Positions 63,154 through 64,000 of a stretch of 64,000 nt of DNA are shown piece after piece; position 1 is the first letter of the stretch; each line of letters begins with the position of its first letter. The DNA is from Octopus vulgaris (taxonomy: Eukaryota), in assembly GCA_951406725.2 (NCBI GenBank), contig OX597827.1:5022001-5086000 (forward strand), read 5' to 3'. The translations under genes were made by a program, and so were the position numbers. The notes under the pieces were generated by a model. It did not search any database. It saw only the letters and a program-made list of their open reading frames with translations, and was not told the DNA's origin.

Positions 63154-63521
63154 GGAGGCGCAATGGCCCAGTGGTTAGGACAGCGGACTCGCGGTTTCGA
63201 TTCCCAGACTGGGCGTTGTGAGTGTTTATTGAGCGAAAACACCTAAAAAGCTCCACGAGGCTCCGGCAGGGGATGGTGGTGATCCCTGCTGTACTCTTTC
63301 ACCACAACGTTCTCTCACTCTTACTTCCTGTTTCTGTTGTACCTGTATTTCAAAGGGCTGGCCTTGTCACTCTCTGTGTCATGCTGAATATCCCCGAGAA
63401 CTACATTTAGGGTAGACGTGTCTGTGGAGTGCTCAGCCACTTACAAGTTAATTTCACGAGCAGGCTGTTCCGTTGATTCGGATCAACCGGAACCCTCGTC
63501 GTCGTAACCGACGGAGTGCTT
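63154..63521 (+). mobile_element. SINE family D inserted in an older tRNA-SINE (about 63022-63640)
   Basis: Matches 59952-60332. 16-bp TSD with 2 mismatches (63138-63153 and 63525-63540). A host-like copy also lies at ~18690-18850. Confidence 0.9.
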
Positions 63522-64000
63522 CCACAGTTCGCTCAGCCGTAATTGAGTAACTCTGCAACGGACTGACATTCCATTCATGGGGCATGTTGTAATCTCAGTC
63601 ACTTAATTAGCCATGAAAACTGGGTGACTGGCATCATAAGTCTTCAGACTCAAGTCAGTGAAGGGGTTGATGATAATGATGGTGATGCTGATGCAATTTT
63701 TGACTTGCATTTCAGGTTGAGCAACCATGTAGACTTTTCTTGTGTTGGTGCACCATTAGGCATGTTTAGCAACAATCTAATAAACCCATCAGAGGTGACA
63801 CAACAGCCATTAAATTCATGCCTCTTAGCCAAGCCCATCACCTAAATAATTCTCTCAGTTGACAATTTCTTTCTATCTCTCTTGCTATAATCATTCAGCT
63901 GTAAAAAGACTTGCATTATCTGTATACACATTTCTAAATTTGCAAAAACCTACCCATTCATAATAGCATTGGAATATATGAAAAGCAGCAAAAATAAGAT

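Overview
AT-rich, microsatellite- and transposon-dense animal DNA, almost certainly octopus (inferred from the protocadherin type and the SINE families). It holds one host gene, a minus-strand 6-EC protocadherin. The ORF track shows only its large ectodomain exon. Phase-compatible splice sites give CDS complement(join(11604..11869,22201..22351,23398..25776)), 931 aa, with a probable non-coding first exon ending at 28893 and a palindromic double-CCAAT site at 29072-29084. The rest is mostly repeats: three recurrent tRNA-derived SINE families, a ~530-bp element sitting in (TAA)n tracts, LINE relics (RTE, CR1, R4/Dong, Hero, I-group), Penelope-like RT/GIY-YIG relics, maT (DD37D), Tc1 and hAT DNA transposons, and TTAA-flanked MITEs. 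The least expected signal is a set of hammerhead-ribozyme-like cores (CUGANGA-stem II-GAAA-short or palindromic stem III-UH). Several lie at the centre of long inverted repeats and all sit next to (TA)n tracts; two are inside the protocadherin intron. The protocadherin also has a degenerate EC3-EC4 calcium linker and DSGHG, WIRS-like and SH3-ligand motifs in its tail. Nearly all short ORFs in the track are microsatellite or SINE artefacts. Family assignments rest on remembered motifs, not database searches.
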